NCBI GenBank assembly: GCA_020848905.1
Contig: JADLHG010000005.1
Location: 3,423 to 67,422 of the forward strand
Source of the DNA: Deltaproteobacteria bacterium
Lineage (GTDB): Bacteria > Myxococcota_A > Polyangia > GCA-2747355 > JADLHG01
Length of the DNA: 64,000 bases
Direction: 5' to 3'
The first letter of the stretch is position 1. Every line of letters begins with the position of its first letter. Position numbers and translations under genes: made by a program. This document shows positions 20,191-29,988 of this stretch, in pieces. The notes under the pieces are model-generated. The model was not told where the DNA came from. It worked only from the letters and a program-made list of their open reading frames with translations, and made no database searches.

Positions 20191-21252
20191 CTACGCCGCC
20201 CCGCCGTCGTCGCGCAGCCGCGCCGCGACCCGGTCGCCCACCTCCCGCGTGCTCAGGTGTCCCCCGAGGTCCGCCGTCGTCTCCCCCGCCAGCAGCGCGC
20301 GCCGCACTGCCGCCTCGATGCGCCGCGCCTCCGCCGCGTGGCCAAGGTACTCGAGCAGCATCCCCGCCGCGAGGATGGCCCCCATCGGATTCGCCTGCCC
20401 CTTGCCCGCGAGGTCCGGGGCCGAGCCGTGCACCGGCTCGAAGAGCGAGACCTGCCCCGGATGGATATTCGCCGACGCGGCCAGCCCGAGTCCCCCGACG
20501 AGTCCGGCCCCGAGGTCCGTGATGAGGTCGCCGAAGAGGTTCGAGGTCACGATGACCTGGAAGCGCTCGGGCTGCTGCACCATGCGCATCGCCAGCACGT
20601 CGGCGTAGAGGTGCTCGGCCTCCACCTCGGGGTACTCGCGGCGCAGCTCGGCGAAGACCCGCCGCCACAGGCCGTGGGCGTACTCCATGGCGTTGCTCTT
20701 GTCGCTCATGCAGAGGCGCAGCCCGTGGGCGCGCGCGTGCCCGAAGGCGGCCCGCTGGATCCGCTCCACCCCCTTGCGCGTGTTCAGATCCTCGTTGATC
20801 GCCACCTCGTCGGCCGTGCCAACCTTGAAGTTCCCGCCCATCCCCACGTAGACCCCCTCGGTGTTCTCGCGGAAGCAGATCATCCGGATCTGCTCCTCGC
20901 TCTTGTCGCGCAGGGGGGTCAGCCGCCGGTCCAGCAGCACGACGGGGCGCAGGTTGATGTAGAGGTCCAGCTTGAAGCGCAGACCGAGCAGGATGTCGCG
21001 CGCGTGGCGGTTGTCCGGAACGCGCGGGTCCCCGAGCGCCCCGACGAGGATCGCGCGGTAGTCGCGGCGAAACTCCTCGATCGCCGCGTCGGGCAGCGTC
21101 ACGCCGTCCCGCAGGAAGCGGTCGGCGCCGTAGTCGAAGGTTCGAAGCTCGAGTCTCACCGCCGAGCTGGCCTGGATCGTCTCCAGCACCTTCGTCGCCT
21201 CGGCGGTCACCTCGGTCCCGATGCCATCCCCGGGAATCACGGCCACGCGCAT
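20191..21252 (-). CDS. 3-isopropylmalate/tartrate dehydrogenase family (LeuB-like) oxidoreductase
   Basis: 'MRVAVIPGDGIGTEV', 'NLFGDLITDLGAGLVGGLGLAASAN'. 353 aa. Confidence 0.8.
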   Translation of the reverse strand: MRVAVIPGDGIGTEVTAEATKVLETIQASSAVRLELRTFDYGADRFLRDGVTLPDAAIEEFRRDYRAILVGALGDPRVPDNRHARDILLGLRFKLDLYINLRPVVLLDRRLTPLRDKSEEQIRMICFRENTEGVYVGMGGNFKVGTADEVAINEDLNTRKGVERIQRAAFGHARAHGLRLCMSDKSNAMEYAHGLWRRVFAELRREYPEVEAEHLYADVLAMRMVQQPERFQVIVTSNLFGDLITDLGAGLVGGLGLAASANIHPGQVSLFEPVHGSAPDLAGKGQANPMGAILAAGMLLEYLGHAAEARRIEAAVRRALLAGETTADLGGHLSTREVGDRVAARLRDDGGAA

Positions 21253-21257
21253 CGTGC

Positions 21258-21812
21258 TCACTTGCCTCTGAAGGTTTCCACCGCTTCCCGCACGCTCGTG
21301 AGGTCGCGAATCGCGCGCAGCTTCTGCTCCTCGAGCTGCTCCCGCCAGCCGCAGTAGACCCACCCGTCCCCTTGCTTGCAGAAGGGCACCGCGCGGTTCC
21401 CGGCGCGCATGGTCACGCGCTCCCCGCTCCCCTCGGCCCTGGCTCCCTCGGGGAGACCGGTCAGCGCGGCCAGCGCCCCCGTCTGCTTGACGTACCCGAC
21501 GAAGAAGACGTTCACGTCCGGCGACTGGCGCGCGAGCTGCACCCGCTCGAGCTCTCGCGCCTGCCGCTCGGCGGGGTAGCCGGAGCGCACCAGCTCCGCG
21601 ATGCGCCCCTGCGCCTCGAAGATCGACATCACCGCATATTGACTGTCCCGGTCGACGAGCTCGAAGACCCGCACCAGGTTGCCCTTTTTGATCGCCCCCG
21701 CCACCTCCCGGTAGGCCTCCTCCGGGCTCTTGGGCAGCTGGAGCTTCCCCCGCGTCCGGCAGCCGACCGGAGCGAGCGCGACGAGCACGACGAGCAGGAG
21801 ACGCATCCGCAT
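21258..21812 (-). CDS. hypothetical lipoprotein
   Basis: Signal peptide and lipobox 'LLLVVLVALAPVGCR'. The longer ORF 21258..23033 in the track is an artefact antisense to ispDF. Confidence 0.5.
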   Translation of the reverse strand: MRMRLLLVVLVALAPVGCRTRGKLQLPKSPEEAYREVAGAIKKGNLVRVFELVDRDSQYAVMSIFEAQGRIAELVRSGYPAERQARELERVQLARQSPDVNVFFVGYVKQTGALAALTGLPEGARAEGSGERVTMRAGNRAVPFCKQGDGWVYCGWREQLEEQKLRAIRDLTSVREAVETFRGK

Positions 21813-21896
21813 GGTGCCTCGCTCGTAGCAGCAAAGGCCCGCTGTCGTCAACGCGAGCGCCTTGTCTCGCGGCGCGGCGTGGGCTACAACGCGCCC

Positions 21897-23060
21897 ATGC
21901 ACTGCTCGGGGCTCATCGTCGCCGCGGGGAAGGGACAGCGCATGGGCGGCCCGCTGCCCAAGCAGTTCCTCACCCTCGGCGACCGCCCCGTCCTGGCCTG
22001 GACGCTCCAGGCCTTCGAGGCGTGCGACGCGGTCCACTCGGTGGTGCTCGTGGTAGCCCCCGGCTCCGAGGAGGAGGTGCGCGAGCTCCTCCGTCCCTTC
22101 GGGCTCACCAAGCTCGTCGCCGTGCGCGCGGGGGGCGCCGAACGCGCCGACTCGGTCCGGCAGGGCCTGGACGCGCTCCCCCAATCGGCCACGCACGTGG
22201 CGATCCACGACGCGGCCCGGCCGCTCGTTCGCCCCGAGCAGATCGCGCGCGCGGTCTCCGCCGCCGTCGAGACGGGCGCCGCGCTGCTCGCCTTGCCCGT
22301 GCGCGACACCGTGAAGCGGGGCGAGGGCGGCCTCGTCGCGGAGACGCTCGACCGCCGCACGCTCTTCCTCGCCCAGACGCCGCAGGTCTTCGCCCTCCCG
22401 CTCCTCCGCCGGGCCTACGCGACCTGGAACGGCGACCCCGTCACCGACGACGTGCAGCTCGTCGAGCGCCTCGGACACCCGGTACGCCTCGTCGAGGGCG
22501 ACCCGTCGAACCTCAAGATCACCGTGCCCGAGGACCTGCCGCTGGCCCGGGCCTTTCTGCCGGAGAGTGCGATGAAGGAGCGCTGGCCCCGCGTGGGCGT
22601 GGGCTACGACGTGCACCAGCTCGTCCCCGGCGGGCCGCTGATCCTGGGTGGCGTGGAGATCCCCTTCTCGCACCACCTCCTCGGCCACTCGGATGCCGAC
22701 GTGATCTGTCACGCGGCGGGGGACGCGCTCCTCGGCGCGGCGGCCCTCGGCGACCTGGGGAAGTTCTTTCCCCCCGGCGACCCACGCTACAAGGGCGCCT
22801 CGAGCCTCGACCTCCTGGCGGAGATTCGCGCGCGCGTGGCGGAGCAGGGCTACCGCGTGGGGAATCTGGATACGATGGTGATCTGCGAGCGCCCGAAGCT
22901 CAGCCCCTTCGTGCCGACCATGCGCGAGAGGATCGCCCGGGTGCTCGAGGTGGAGCCCGAGGTCGTGAGCGTGAAAGCCACCACCAACGAGGGGCTCGGC
23001 TTCACCGGCCGGGGGGAGGGGATCGCGGCGCACGCGACGGCCCTCCTCGTCCCTAGATAG
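21897..23060 (+). CDS. ispDF: bifunctional MEP cytidylyltransferase / MEcPP synthase (fused IspD-IspF)
   Basis: The IspD N-terminus 'GLIVAAGKGQRMG' is followed by the IspF core 'RVGVGYDVHQL...GHSDADVICHA'. Confidence 0.9.
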   Translation: MHCSGLIVAAGKGQRMGGPLPKQFLTLGDRPVLAWTLQAFEACDAVHSVVLVVAPGSEEEVRELLRPFGLTKLVAVRAGGAERADSVRQGLDALPQSATHVAIHDAARPLVRPEQIARAVSAAVETGAALLALPVRDTVKRGEGGLVAETLDRRTLFLAQTPQVFALPLLRRAYATWNGDPVTDDVQLVERLGHPVRLVEGDPSNLKITVPEDLPLARAFLPESAMKERWPRVGVGYDVHQLVPGGPLILGGVEIPFSHHLLGHSDADVICHAAGDALLGAAALGDLGKFFPPGDPRYKGASSLDLLAEIRARVAEQGYRVGNLDTMVICERPKLSPFVPTMRERIARVLEVEPEVVSVKATTNEGLGFTGRGEGIAAHATALLVPR

Positions 23061-23158
23061 ACGGCGGCGGCAGCCGTGACCAGCGGGCTATGAACCCCAC
23101 CATTAATGGTATGATGCCGACCGGTCGCCGCCAGAGCATCATGTCCGACTAGAGAATC

Positions 23159-24385
23159 ATGTCCGACGAGCCCCGCCCCACCGACGCCCCACGACCTCCG
23201 GACCCGGGCCGCCCCGCCGCCCCGGCCGAGGAGCCCGACGTGGACCCGGAGCTCCTGCTCCTGCCCCGCCGCCGACGCGGGCGGCACCCGATCCTGAGCG
23301 TGGCCGTGATCGCGCTCGCAGCCTACCTGCTCTTCATCGTGCGGCTCGAGTTCCTGTACTTCTTCCAGCCCCGCCGGCCGCTCGACCTCGGCGACGTGAG
23401 CGAGGCCGTGCAGCGCGGAACCTTCCGGCCGAACACCTACGTCACCGTGAACGGGGCGCCGGACCGCAAGCACGCGCTGCTGCTGCAGGGCCGGCTCACC
23501 GGCTACGACAGCTTCTTCCGGCTGCTGCAGAGCCGCAGCCGCCTCTTCGTGCAGCAGCACCGCACGCAGCGCACCACCGACCGGACGGTCTCGGGCTCGC
23601 ACAGCGGCCGCCTGGTGCAGTTCGCGAGCCTGCCCTACAAGGAGGCCCTCGCCGCGACCTTCGCACAGGCCATCACCACGGCGCACGACCTGGAGCTGGC
23701 GACGCTCAAGCAGGTCGCCCCCGGCTCCTCCGCGCGCGTGAAGGATCGCGCCGGCGAGGAGGTGGCGCTCGCCCCCGACACGGTGCTCTGGATCAACGCC
23801 ACGTACCCCGAAGAGTGGATCGTCCAGGTCCCGAAGCGCACGCACCCCGCGGCCGAGAGCGCGGCCAAGCTGGTCGCCGGCCTCGGGCTCCCCTTCGCGA
23901 CCGACGACGAGAGCTCGCGCACCTTCCACCGCTTCGTGGTGCTGGCCAGCGACGCGGAGGCCAGCCAGCTCATGGCGCGCTTCAAGGGCCCCGACGCGGC
24001 GGCGGGCGTGGTACGCCGCCAGGTGAGCTACACCGCACGCTGGGACCAGGTGCGCTTCGAGAAGGACGCGCTCGTCGTCACCTCCGAGGATGCGTCGACC
24101 TCCCCGCGCTACCGGCGGCGGCCCGGCGACAAGACGAGGCTCGAGGCGGTGAAGGAGAAGACGGTCTCCATCCCGGCGGCGTCGGTGCTCTACCTCAGCG
24201 TCGGGGCGAAGTTCGTCGTCCCCGAGGACGCCCTGGTGATCGTCGCCGGCGAGGAGCCGGCCGATTACTGGCACTACGTCTTGCTCTACGTCGTGCTCGC
24301 CACCTTCATGCTGATCAACGTGCTCGCCCTCGCGGCACGGTGGCGCGAGCACGCCGCCAGCCGCCGGAGCTCCGCCGCTCGATGA
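23159..24385 (+). CDS. hypothetical membrane protein
   Basis: Pro-rich N-terminus followed by a hydrophobic segment 'ILSVAVIALAAYLLFIV'. The stop overlaps the cysS start (ATGA). Confidence 0.5.
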   Translation: MSDEPRPTDAPRPPDPGRPAAPAEEPDVDPELLLLPRRRRGRHPILSVAVIALAAYLLFIVRLEFLYFFQPRRPLDLGDVSEAVQRGTFRPNTYVTVNGAPDRKHALLLQGRLTGYDSFFRLLQSRSRLFVQQHRTQRTTDRTVSGSHSGRLVQFASLPYKEALAATFAQAITTAHDLELATLKQVAPGSSARVKDRAGEEVALAPDTVLWINATYPEEWIVQVPKRTHPAAESAAKLVAGLGLPFATDDESSRTFHRFVVLASDAEASQLMARFKGPDAAAGVVRRQVSYTARWDQVRFEKDALVVTSEDASTSPRYRRRPGDKTRLEAVKEKTVSIPAASVLYLSVGAKFVVPEDALVIVAGEEPADYWHYVLLYVVLATFMLINVLALAARWREHAASRRSSAAR

Positions 24386-25890
24386 TTCGCATCTACGACA
24401 CCCTCCAGCGCCAGAAGGCCCCGCTCGAGCCGCTCGAACCCGGCAAGCTCTCGATCTACGTCTGCGGCCCGACGACCTACGACTACTGCCACGTGGGGCA
24501 CGCCCGCTGCTACGTGGCCTTCGACGTGATCGTGCGCTTCCTGCGCGCCGCCGGCTTCCATGTGAAGTACGTGCGGAACATCACCGACGTGGACGACAAG
24601 ATCATCGCGCGCGCGAAGGAGGCGGGCGAGGAGCCGCTGGCCCTGTCGGCGCGCTTCACCGAGGAGTTCTGGCGCGACATGGACGCGCTCGGCAACGTCC
24701 GCCCCGACGTCGAGCCCAAGGTGAGCGAGCACCTGGCCGAGATCGAGACGCTGATCCAGAAGCTCGTCGCGCGCGGGCACGCCTACCAGGCCGCGGGCGA
24801 CGTCTACTTCCAGGTGGACACCTTCGCGGCCTACGGCCGGCTGTCGGGGCGCGACACCGACGAGCTCCGCGCGGGTGCGCGCGTGGAGGTGAACGAGCGC
24901 AAGCGCAACCCGCTCGACTTCGCGCTCTGGAAGGAGGCCAAGCCCGGCGAGATCGCGTGGTCGAGCCCGTGGGGGACGGGGCGCCCCGGCTGGCACGCCG
25001 AGTGCTCCGCGATGAGCCACCGCTACCTGGGAGAGCGCTTCGACCTGCACGGGGGTGGGATGGACCTCGTCTTCCCGCACCACGAGAACGAGCTCGCGCA
25101 GTCGCGCGCTGCCGACGGAGAAGGCACCTTCGCCCGCTACTGGCTGCACAACGGCTTCATCAACGTGCGCACGGAGGAGCAGGGGGGCGAGGAGAAGATG
25201 TCCAAGTCCCTCGGCAACTTCTTCACCATCCGAGAGGTCTGCCGGCGACACGACCCCGAGGCGCTCCGGCTCTTTCTCCTCGGCACGCACTACCGCAAGC
25301 CGATCAGCTTCGAGATCGCGCGCAGCGGCGAGGCGGTGAGCTTTCCGGGGCTCGAGGAGGCCGAGGCGAGGCTGGCGTACGCCTACGCCACGCTGGCGCG
25401 CCTCGACGAGCTGCTCTCGACGGGAAAGAGCGCGGGCCCCGGCGAGGTGCTCCCGCCGGTGGACACCTTCGGCGAGCGCTTCACCGAGGCGCTCTCCGAC
25501 GACTTCAACACGGCCCAGGCGCTCGGCCTCACCTCGGAGCTGCTGAGCCTGGCGAACAAGCTCCTCGACCAGCCGAAGAGCGCGCCGAAGGACGTGCGGC
25601 GACGCACGCTCGAACGGCTCCGCGAGGAGGTGGGTCGCGTGAGCTCGGTGCTCGGGATCTGGGCCCAGGCCCCGACGGTGTTCCTGGCCCGCCGCCGCGA
25701 GAAGCTCTGCGCCGCGCGTGGAATCGACCCGGCGCAGATCGAGGCGCGCATCGGCGAGCGAAAGGCCGCGCGCCAGGGTGGCGACTACGCCCGGGCCGAC
25801 GAGATCCGGCAGGAGCTGGCCGAATCGGGGGTGGAGCTCATGGACGGGCCCTCGGGCACGACCTGGTCGGTGTCAGATAAGCCAAGCTGA
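24382..25890 (+). CDS. cysS: cysteine--tRNA ligase
   Basis: 'IYVCGPTTYDYCHVGHAR' (HIGH) and 'KMSKSLGN' (KMSKS). Confidence 0.9.
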   Translation: MIRIYDTLQRQKAPLEPLEPGKLSIYVCGPTTYDYCHVGHARCYVAFDVIVRFLRAAGFHVKYVRNITDVDDKIIARAKEAGEEPLALSARFTEEFWRDMDALGNVRPDVEPKVSEHLAEIETLIQKLVARGHAYQAAGDVYFQVDTFAAYGRLSGRDTDELRAGARVEVNERKRNPLDFALWKEAKPGEIAWSSPWGTGRPGWHAECSAMSHRYLGERFDLHGGGMDLVFPHHENELAQSRAADGEGTFARYWLHNGFINVRTEEQGGEEKMSKSLGNFFTIREVCRRHDPEALRLFLLGTHYRKPISFEIARSGEAVSFPGLEEAEARLAYAYATLARLDELLSTGKSAGPGEVLPPVDTFGERFTEALSDDFNTAQALGLTSELLSLANKLLDQPKSAPKDVRRRTLERLREEVGRVSSVLGIWAQAPTVFLARRREKLCAARGIDPAQIEARIGERKAARQGGDYARADEIRQELAESGVELMDGPSGTTWSVSDKPS

Positions 25891-26036
25891 AACAAGCACT
25901 TTCCGCGCATAACGGCACCCCTGCCATCATCGCTCGTATCGCAGATCACAAAAAAGTCAGTGATCGTTCTTGCGTCAGCGACCGTCCTGGCGGATTCTTG
26001 ATCGGTCCCCCTGGAACGCAGAGCGGAGGGTAGATC

Positions 26037-27347
26037 ATGCAGCTTATTCGGCTAGCTTGCGTCGGCTTTTGCATCCTCGCAGCCGCCTGCGACGGCGCCA
26101 CGACCGTCTATAACGGTCCCGCGGACGGCGGCGTCGACGGCACCGTGGACGGCTCGGGGGGAACGCGCGACGGCGCGCAGCCCGGCGGCGACGGGATACG
26201 CCCCGACGGAGCTTCGCCCACGGACGGAGCCGCCCCCGCGACGGACGGGACCGCGCCCACGGGCGACGGCGCGCAGCCGGGAGGGGACGGCCCGAAGCCC
26301 ACTGGGGATGGCGCTGCGCCCGGCAAGGACGGAGCCGCACCCATCCCGGATGGCCCGAAGCCCACCGCGGACGGCGCGACGCCGAAACTAGACGCCCCGA
26401 CTCCGACGCCCGACGGCCCCAAGCCCGTCGTCGACGCGGCGCCCCCCACGCCCGACGCGCCCGTGACGGTGCGCGATAGCGCGGCGCCGGCCCCCGACAC
26501 CGTACGCATCGGGCCGGACGCGAGCATCACCTGGGGTGAGGCCGGCATCACGGTGAAGGCCGGCCAGTGCTCGGACGGCATCGACAACGACGGCGACGGA
26601 AGGATCGACGCGCAGGATCCCGAGTGCTCGGGCCCCGCGGACAACGACGAGTCGAGCTACGCCACGGGCATCCCGGGCGACAACATGGACGGCTGCAAGC
26701 AGGACTGCTTCTTCGACGGAAACTCCGGGGCCGGGGACGACAAATGCGAGTGGAACCTGAAGTGCGACAAGACCGGCTGCCCGGCTGTGCCGAACCCGCA
26801 GAACTGCGGCCCGGGCGCGCTCCTGCCCAAGCCCTGCCCCTACAACGAAGCCTACGCGACCAACCCGAACGGCAGCATCAATCTGAACAACTGCCCCGCC
26901 ACGCAGAAGGCCGAGTGCCTCCAGCGCTGCCGCCGCATCACCCCGAACGGCTGCGACTGCTTCGGCTGCTGCGCCTTCCCGTATAACGGCGGCACGGTGA
27001 GCGTGATGCTCACGGCCACCTGCAATCCGTCGGTGCTCGGCGACCCGGTGAAGTGCCCCCGGTGCACGCAGGTCGCCGCGTGCCTCAACCCGTGCGACCG
27101 CTGCGAGGTTTGCGTGGGCAAGCCGGCTCCCGACCCGAGCTGCTTCAATCGGACCGACGCCGGCACGGTGGTGCTCAAGGACTCGGGCACCGCGACCGGC
27201 GATGGCGGAGCTGGAACGACGGACGGCGGCGGCGGAAGCGCGCCCTGCCCCTTCGGCTGGCTCTACTGCGGCCCGGGCGGCATCGACCCGAACCAGTGCC
27301 CGGCGCGGACCTACTGCGTGACCGGCTGCTGCGTGCCGACCGAGTAA
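26037..27347 (+). CDS. Cys-rich secreted lipoprotein with an N-terminal DGxxPx tandem-repeat region
   Basis: Lipobox 'ILAAACDG'. About 20 copies of a DG(A/T)xP(x) hexapeptide, then a 200-aa domain with more than 30 Cys. RBS GGAGGG precedes the ATG. Confidence 0.6.
   Translation: MQLIRLACVGFCILAAACDGATTVYNGPADGGVDGTVDGSGGTRDGAQPGGDGIRPDGASPTDGAAPATDGTAPTGDGAQPGGDGPKPTGDGAAPGKDGAAPIPDGPKPTADGATPKLDAPTPTPDGPKPVVDAAPPTPDAPVTVRDSAAPAPDTVRIGPDASITWGEAGITVKAGQCSDGIDNDGDGRIDAQDPECSGPADNDESSYATGIPGDNMDGCKQDCFFDGNSGAGDDKCEWNLKCDKTGCPAVPNPQNCGPGALLPKPCPYNEAYATNPNGSINLNNCPATQKAECLQRCRRITPNGCDCFGCCAFPYNGGTVSVMLTATCNPSVLGDPVKCPRCTQVAACLNPCDRCEVCVGKPAPDPSCFNRTDAGTVVLKDSGTATGDGGAGTTDGGGGSAPCPFGWLYCGPGGIDPNQCPARTYCVTGCCVPTE
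26100..26480 (+). repeat. imperfect 18-bp tandem repeats (gacggcgcNccNacNggc-like) encoding DGxxPx
   Basis: Visible periodicity in both the nucleotide and protein sequence. Confidence 0.7.
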
Positions 27348-27463
27348 CCCGGCTCCCGGAGTAGACCGCACCTCCGGCTGCATCCCGCCGCGGGGCTCAG
27401 CTCATCGAGGCGAGCCCCGCGCGTCCCGCGCGTCCCTCTGCCGTGGCTCGAACGCGTCGCGCG

Positions 27464-29785
27464 CTACTTCGGTCGGTTCGGGTCCGTGTCCTCGGCCAGG
27501 TACTCGAGGATCACCTCGTCCAGGCTGCGCTCGGTGATCAGGTCCGAGCCGAATAGGCTGGGCAGGCTGCGCGAGGCCGCTCGCGGGGCCTGGCGCGCGG
27601 ACCCGGGAGCCTGCCGCGCAGGAGCTCCGGTCGGCGCCTTCTGCAGCGGGCCGACGACGTCGCGCGGCGGCGGGGTCTCGGAGCGAGGCCGGTCGAGGAT
27701 CACGGCGGGACGGGCGATCACCGGGGCCTGCCCCCCTTGCTGTCCGGGGCGACGCCGCGCGGGCTGGGCCGCACCGCTGCTCAGGATCGGGTAGACGCCG
27801 GACTTGGGAATGTTGCGAGCGGCCGCGGGCGGCGGAGCCACCGCGGGCTGAGGCGGCGGCGTGGGCTCGCCCGGCGCGTAGTCGAGGTCGCCCGGCGAAG
27901 GCGTGTACGAGCCCGTCGTCCGCCGCGGCCTGGGCTGCGTCCACGGGTCGGGGGGGGGGTCCACCGCCGGCTTCTTGCGCGTCGGCGCCGTATAGCGCTG
28001 CGGCGTCGACGCCTGCGGAATGCGCGAGAAGCCCGCCGGACCCGCCAAAGGTCCCTTGGCGCGCACGCGCGGGTCCGGATGCGCCGCCCGCCCCGGACCT
28101 CCCCCCGTCACCTGGAACACTCCCGAGGAGCGCTGCCGCGCCGGATGCCCCACGGCGGGAAGCATCTCGTCCGGGGTAGGAAGCTGGGCCTCCTTCGGGA
28201 GCGGCTTGTCAAAGATCCCCGACGACTGCCGCTTCGGCCTGTCCAGCGCAATGGAGCCCAGCGGCTCGGGGACCGGCATCGCCGTGGGGGCCTGAGGCCC
28301 GATCGTGCCCGTGCTGGCGGAGCCGGTCCCGCTGTACCGACTCGGATCGATGGGCCCCTCGGCCACGATGGGCACCATGACGCGGGGCGGGGACTTGTCG
28401 GGCGCGCCGGGCCAGCGCGTCGCCGGCGGGGGTGAGGGCTCCGGCGGCACGGTGGTCCGCAAGGTGTCCTCGACGTCGTGCAGCCCGGGAATCGGCGAGG
28501 CGGCCGCGCTGATCCGTCCGCGCGAGGGCGTCGACGGTGCGAGCGGCTCGGGCGCGAAGTCGGGCGGAAGATCGACGCGGTCGGTGCGGTCCTCCTCCTC
28601 GGGCGCGAGCGGCAGCTCAGGAGACGAGACGGAGGCCAGCAGGGCAGCGAAGCCCGGCGGCGGCTCGGCGGTCTTCTGAACCGACGGCGCCGACGGCGTG
28701 CTTGGCGAGGCCTCGGCGGAACGCGCTACCGGCGCACTCGGCAAGGACGCGCTCGGTCGTGCGCTCGGCAGCGGCGCGCTCGGCCGTGCGGTCGTCGCGC
28801 TCGCCGGCGCCTCCGTGGATCGTGCGCTCGGCAGCGGCGCGCTCGGCCGTGCGGTCGGCACGCTCGCCGGCGCCTCCGTGGATCGTGCGCTCGGCAGCGG
28901 CGCGCTGGGTCGTGCGCTCGTCGCGCTCGCCGGCGCCTCTGTGGATCGTGCGCTCGGAACGCTCGGCAGGGGCGCGCTGGGTCGTGCAGTCGGCACGCTC
29001 GCCGGCGCCTCCGTGGATCGTGCGCTCGGCAGCGGCGCGCTCGGCCGTGCGCTCGCGAGCGGAGCCGCAACCGGAGGAGCCGCAACCGATGGAGCCGCCG
29101 CCCTCGGAGCTGCAACCGGCAGCGCCGGAGTAGGTGTCGCGGCCACCGGCGAAGCGTCGGCCTCCGCAAGAGGCGCCTCGCGCAGGGCACCGGTCGCCGC
29201 GGCGCGCTTGACCACGTCCTCGTCGGTGTCCTCGGGCGCGCTCTCCTCTCCGTCCCCGAGCTCGAGGTCCTCCACCTCGGCGAGCTGCAGGTCGATGCGC
29301 TCTTCCAGGCTCAGCATCGCCCGAGGCAGCGGCGTTCGGCCCGCTGCGCTCGCCCCCCCCGCTTCGGCCAGAGCAGCGGCCGCGGATGACGCGCTGACGG
29401 CCTCCGTCGCGGCCAGCACCCCCGGCCCGGCCCCTTCGTCGGCGCCGGCTCCAGCGCCACGTCCCTCCTCGAGGAGGGAGGACTCCGGCGGCTCCAGCAC
29501 GCCCAGCCGGACCGTGATCTTCTCGTCCAGGTCGCCGCGCTTGAGCTGACGCATCAGCTCCTTGTGCTGCGCCTGCATCACCTTGCGAACCTGGACCTGA
29601 TGGTCCGGCAGCTCGATGAGGTGGGTGTAGTCGCTCTTCGCGCTCGCGAGAATCACGCCGCCGTGGAACAGGTGCGTGTAGATGTGCGGATTGTCGACGC
29701 CCGAGTCCTCGGTCTGGACGTGATAGATCCGGTTGCGGTAGCGAACGTTGTGGTTGTAGCCGTGGAGCGGCGCCCGGGAGGCCAT
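27464..29785 (-). CDS. hypothetical protein with a conserved-looking N-terminal domain and five Pro/Ala/Ser-rich 20-aa tandem repeats
   Basis: N-terminus 'MASRAPLHGYNHNVRYRNRIYHVQTEDSG...'. The middle carries repeats 'RPSAPLPSARSTEAPASVPTA'. The best start is the ATG at 29785, preceded by AAGGGG; upstream in-frame ATGs extend to 29908. Confidence 0.55.
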   Translation of the reverse strand: MASRAPLHGYNHNVRYRNRIYHVQTEDSGVDNPHIYTHLFHGGVILASAKSDYTHLIELPDHQVQVRKVMQAQHKELMRQLKRGDLDEKITVRLGVLEPPESSLLEEGRGAGAGADEGAGPGVLAATEAVSASSAAAALAEAGGASAAGRTPLPRAMLSLEERIDLQLAEVEDLELGDGEESAPEDTDEDVVKRAAATGALREAPLAEADASPVAATPTPALPVAAPRAAAPSVAAPPVAAPLASARPSAPLPSARSTEAPASVPTARPSAPLPSVPSARSTEAPASATSARPSAPLPSARSTEAPASVPTARPSAPLPSARSTEAPASATTARPSAPLPSARPSASLPSAPVARSAEASPSTPSAPSVQKTAEPPPGFAALLASVSSPELPLAPEEEDRTDRVDLPPDFAPEPLAPSTPSRGRISAAASPIPGLHDVEDTLRTTVPPEPSPPPATRWPGAPDKSPPRVMVPIVAEGPIDPSRYSGTGSASTGTIGPQAPTAMPVPEPLGSIALDRPKRQSSGIFDKPLPKEAQLPTPDEMLPAVGHPARQRSSGVFQVTGGGPGRAAHPDPRVRAKGPLAGPAGFSRIPQASTPQRYTAPTRKKPAVDPPPDPWTQPRPRRTTGSYTPSPGDLDYAPGEPTPPPQPAVAPPPAAARNIPKSGVYPILSSGAAQPARRRPGQQGGQAPVIARPAVILDRPRSETPPPRDVVGPLQKAPTGAPARQAPGSARQAPRAASRSLPSLFGSDLITERSLDEVILEYLAEDTDPNRPK
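28740..29065 (-). repeat. about 5 copies of a 60-bp tandem repeat (one copy 69 bp) within the CDS
   Basis: Near-identical units 'gtgcgctcggcagcggcgcgctcggccgtgcggtcg...gcgcctccgtggatc' on the + strand. Confidence 0.8.
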
Positions 29786-29988
29786 AATCCCCTTGCCCGC
29801 GGCCGGCGTCCCACGACCGCCCGCGACGACCATCTTCACTGATCGACTTGCGATCATGGTATCATCGAGAACCAGAGGTCGCCAATAGACGCGCACCACG
29901 GCCGGCACTGGCGATCCGTCAGCGTGCGGTTGCTTTTGCAGCGTCCCTGTGCCTACAAGGGTTGCTCTTTTTTTCGGAGAAGGAGGAG

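Noticed and set aside
17651-20668. N-terminal 690 aa of the 1005-aa ORF upstream of the SDR gene
   Set aside because: It is an Arg/Gly/Ala homopolymer-like translation running antisense through xseA. The real SDR protein starts at the internal ATG (18583), which overlaps the xseA stop.
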